Origin: Phallusia mammillata
Taxonomy: Eukaryota
Assembly (NCBI GenBank): GCA_965637545.1
Contig: OZ281499.1
Location: 24,056,001 to 24,120,000, forward strand
Length of the DNA stretch: 64,000 nucleotides
Reading direction: 5' to 3'
In this document: positions 63,101 to 64,000 of the stretch, piece after piece
Layout: each line of letters starts with the position of its first letter
Numbering within the stretch: the first letter of the stretch is position 1
Made by a program: the position numbers and the translations under genes
The notes under the pieces: generated by a model
The model's database searches: none
What the model was told of the DNA's origin: nothing
The model's input: the letters and a program-made list of their open reading frames with translations, nothing else

Positions 63101-63253
63101 TTACAAAGCGACTCGGTTCACATTTTCAGCGGTTGGCAAAAAGACAACGTTCACGACCTGGCCAAGAACAGCACACTTTGCGAGAAGTTTTGGAAATACA
63201 GTGAAACTTTAATTAGGGAATTCCCCAACGATGCAAGCGACTCTCAGGTTTAA
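60188..63253 (+). CDS. Retinol dehydrogenase-like short-chain dehydrogenase/reductase (RDH11-14/DHRS13-like) with degenerate active site
   Basis: Exons 60188-60332, about 61020-61229 (GC donor), 61789-61913, 62382-62598, 62663-62708, an ambiguous segment 62799-63001, and 63050-63253. Motifs ARVILACRS, LDILVN, NYLGPFLLTTLLL, FTSELARR, NPG and PDEGTQILLHCAL. Confidence 0.85.
61415..61573 (-). mobile_element. Second, truncated copy of the 46040-46222 MITE family in reverse orientation
   Basis: Its reverse complement aligns with the 46040 element (CAGTGGGATTCAGCCGGTTC...TCAGCGAAC...TTAGCATTAC...GTTACTGTCAATGGAC); the far TIR is missing. Confidence 0.85.
62165..62212 (-). ncRNA. Decayed Penelope-type hammerhead ribozyme in an SDR intron
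   Basis: Minus strand: auugcc-CUGAUGA-A-GACGUCUC-guau-GGGACGCC-GAAA-CGUC-gauuau. Core intact, stem II with 1 mismatch, stem I poorly paired. Confidence 0.65.
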
Positions 63254-63728
63254 ATATAAACCAATTGCACCACAAAAGTTGAATCTGGCTTAAAATTCGC
63301 ATTTTTTCTCTGAGAACCTGTGACACTTTTGTTTGCAACAGTAACTTCGGATACCACAACTTTGATGGTATTTCATGCCCTTTGTTTGTACACGAAAACC
63401 ATCAAAATCAAATGTGAAAAAACTTGTGGTTTGCCTTTTTAAGCAACATGCTATCTTAGGCGTGATATTACGGTTCCACTTTAGGTAAATAATCAAGAAC
63501 TGTCAAAGACATGTATGGACACTCTTGTTGGATTCGTTACTTTAGTTCCATTGTGTATTGTTACTTGACTTACAGTGTCTACAATGTCCGTTTTATAGCA
63601 GAGGAAAACATTGTTGCAGTATTCTACTTTGGTCCAGATTTGATATATCTTGATCGGATACCTGGGATACTCTGGGCCCGTTTGAACCAAGAAAATCGTC
63701 CAAGTGTACCGGTGTCGATGAGTTAAAG

Positions 63729-64000
63729 CAGGAATGGGCAACCTTTTTTACTGTAGGGCCAATTATAAATGTCAAAATTGGATCGAGGGCCGCACATGTG
63801 CATCACACAAAGTGATTTTGCTTTGTTTCTTACCAAATATGCTTAACTACAAGTATAGTTCGTATTTGATTCTAGCCACATTTTGCCAGAACGCAGAAAA
63901 CTAGCATCAGGCGCATTAATCAGCTCAAAAATGTGTAATACTGTATTTGGACTCGTTTGCCAGTACTTTTGAAATCCAGGCGTCTCTGCGGGCCGCACAA
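63729..64000 (+). mobile_element. hAT MITE running off the window end
   Basis: Starts CAGGAATGGGCAACCTTTTT; internal GAGGGCCGCA and terminal GCGGGCCGCA motifs typical of such elements. Confidence 0.6.

Overview
AT-rich eukaryotic genomic DNA with compact spliced genes, most like an ascidian (tunicate); the species cannot be determined from sequence alone. Most ORFs in the supplied track are spurious, so I rebuilt the genes by reading splice sites and codon phases by hand. In order: (1) about 12 kb without recognisable genes, containing a Penelope-like retroelement remnant with a hammerhead ribozyme; (2) a four-exon Dickkopf (dkk1/2/4-type) gene on + whose first cysteine-rich domain appears replaced by a Lys/Cys-rich segment, with a TATA/TCF promoter; (3) a ten-exon gene on - encoding a 424-aa ALP/Enigma (ZASP/PDLIM)-type protein with the architecture PDZ - Ig I-set - ZM - ALP motif and no LIM domain; (4) two tandem orphan 7TM paralogues on +; (5) ERCC6/CSB on -; (6) an orphan gene on +; (7) PIGX, STK19 and an NCD1-only NAB micro-ORF on -, with an operon-type junction between STK19 and PIGX; (8) an RDH-like SDR on + with a degenerate active site and a second hammerhead remnant in an intron. 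Many non-autonomous hAT-type MITEs with 8-bp target-site duplications are present. The strongest candidates for new biology are the PDZ-Ig-ZM protein, the remodelled Dickkopf and the stand-alone NAB NCD1 protein.
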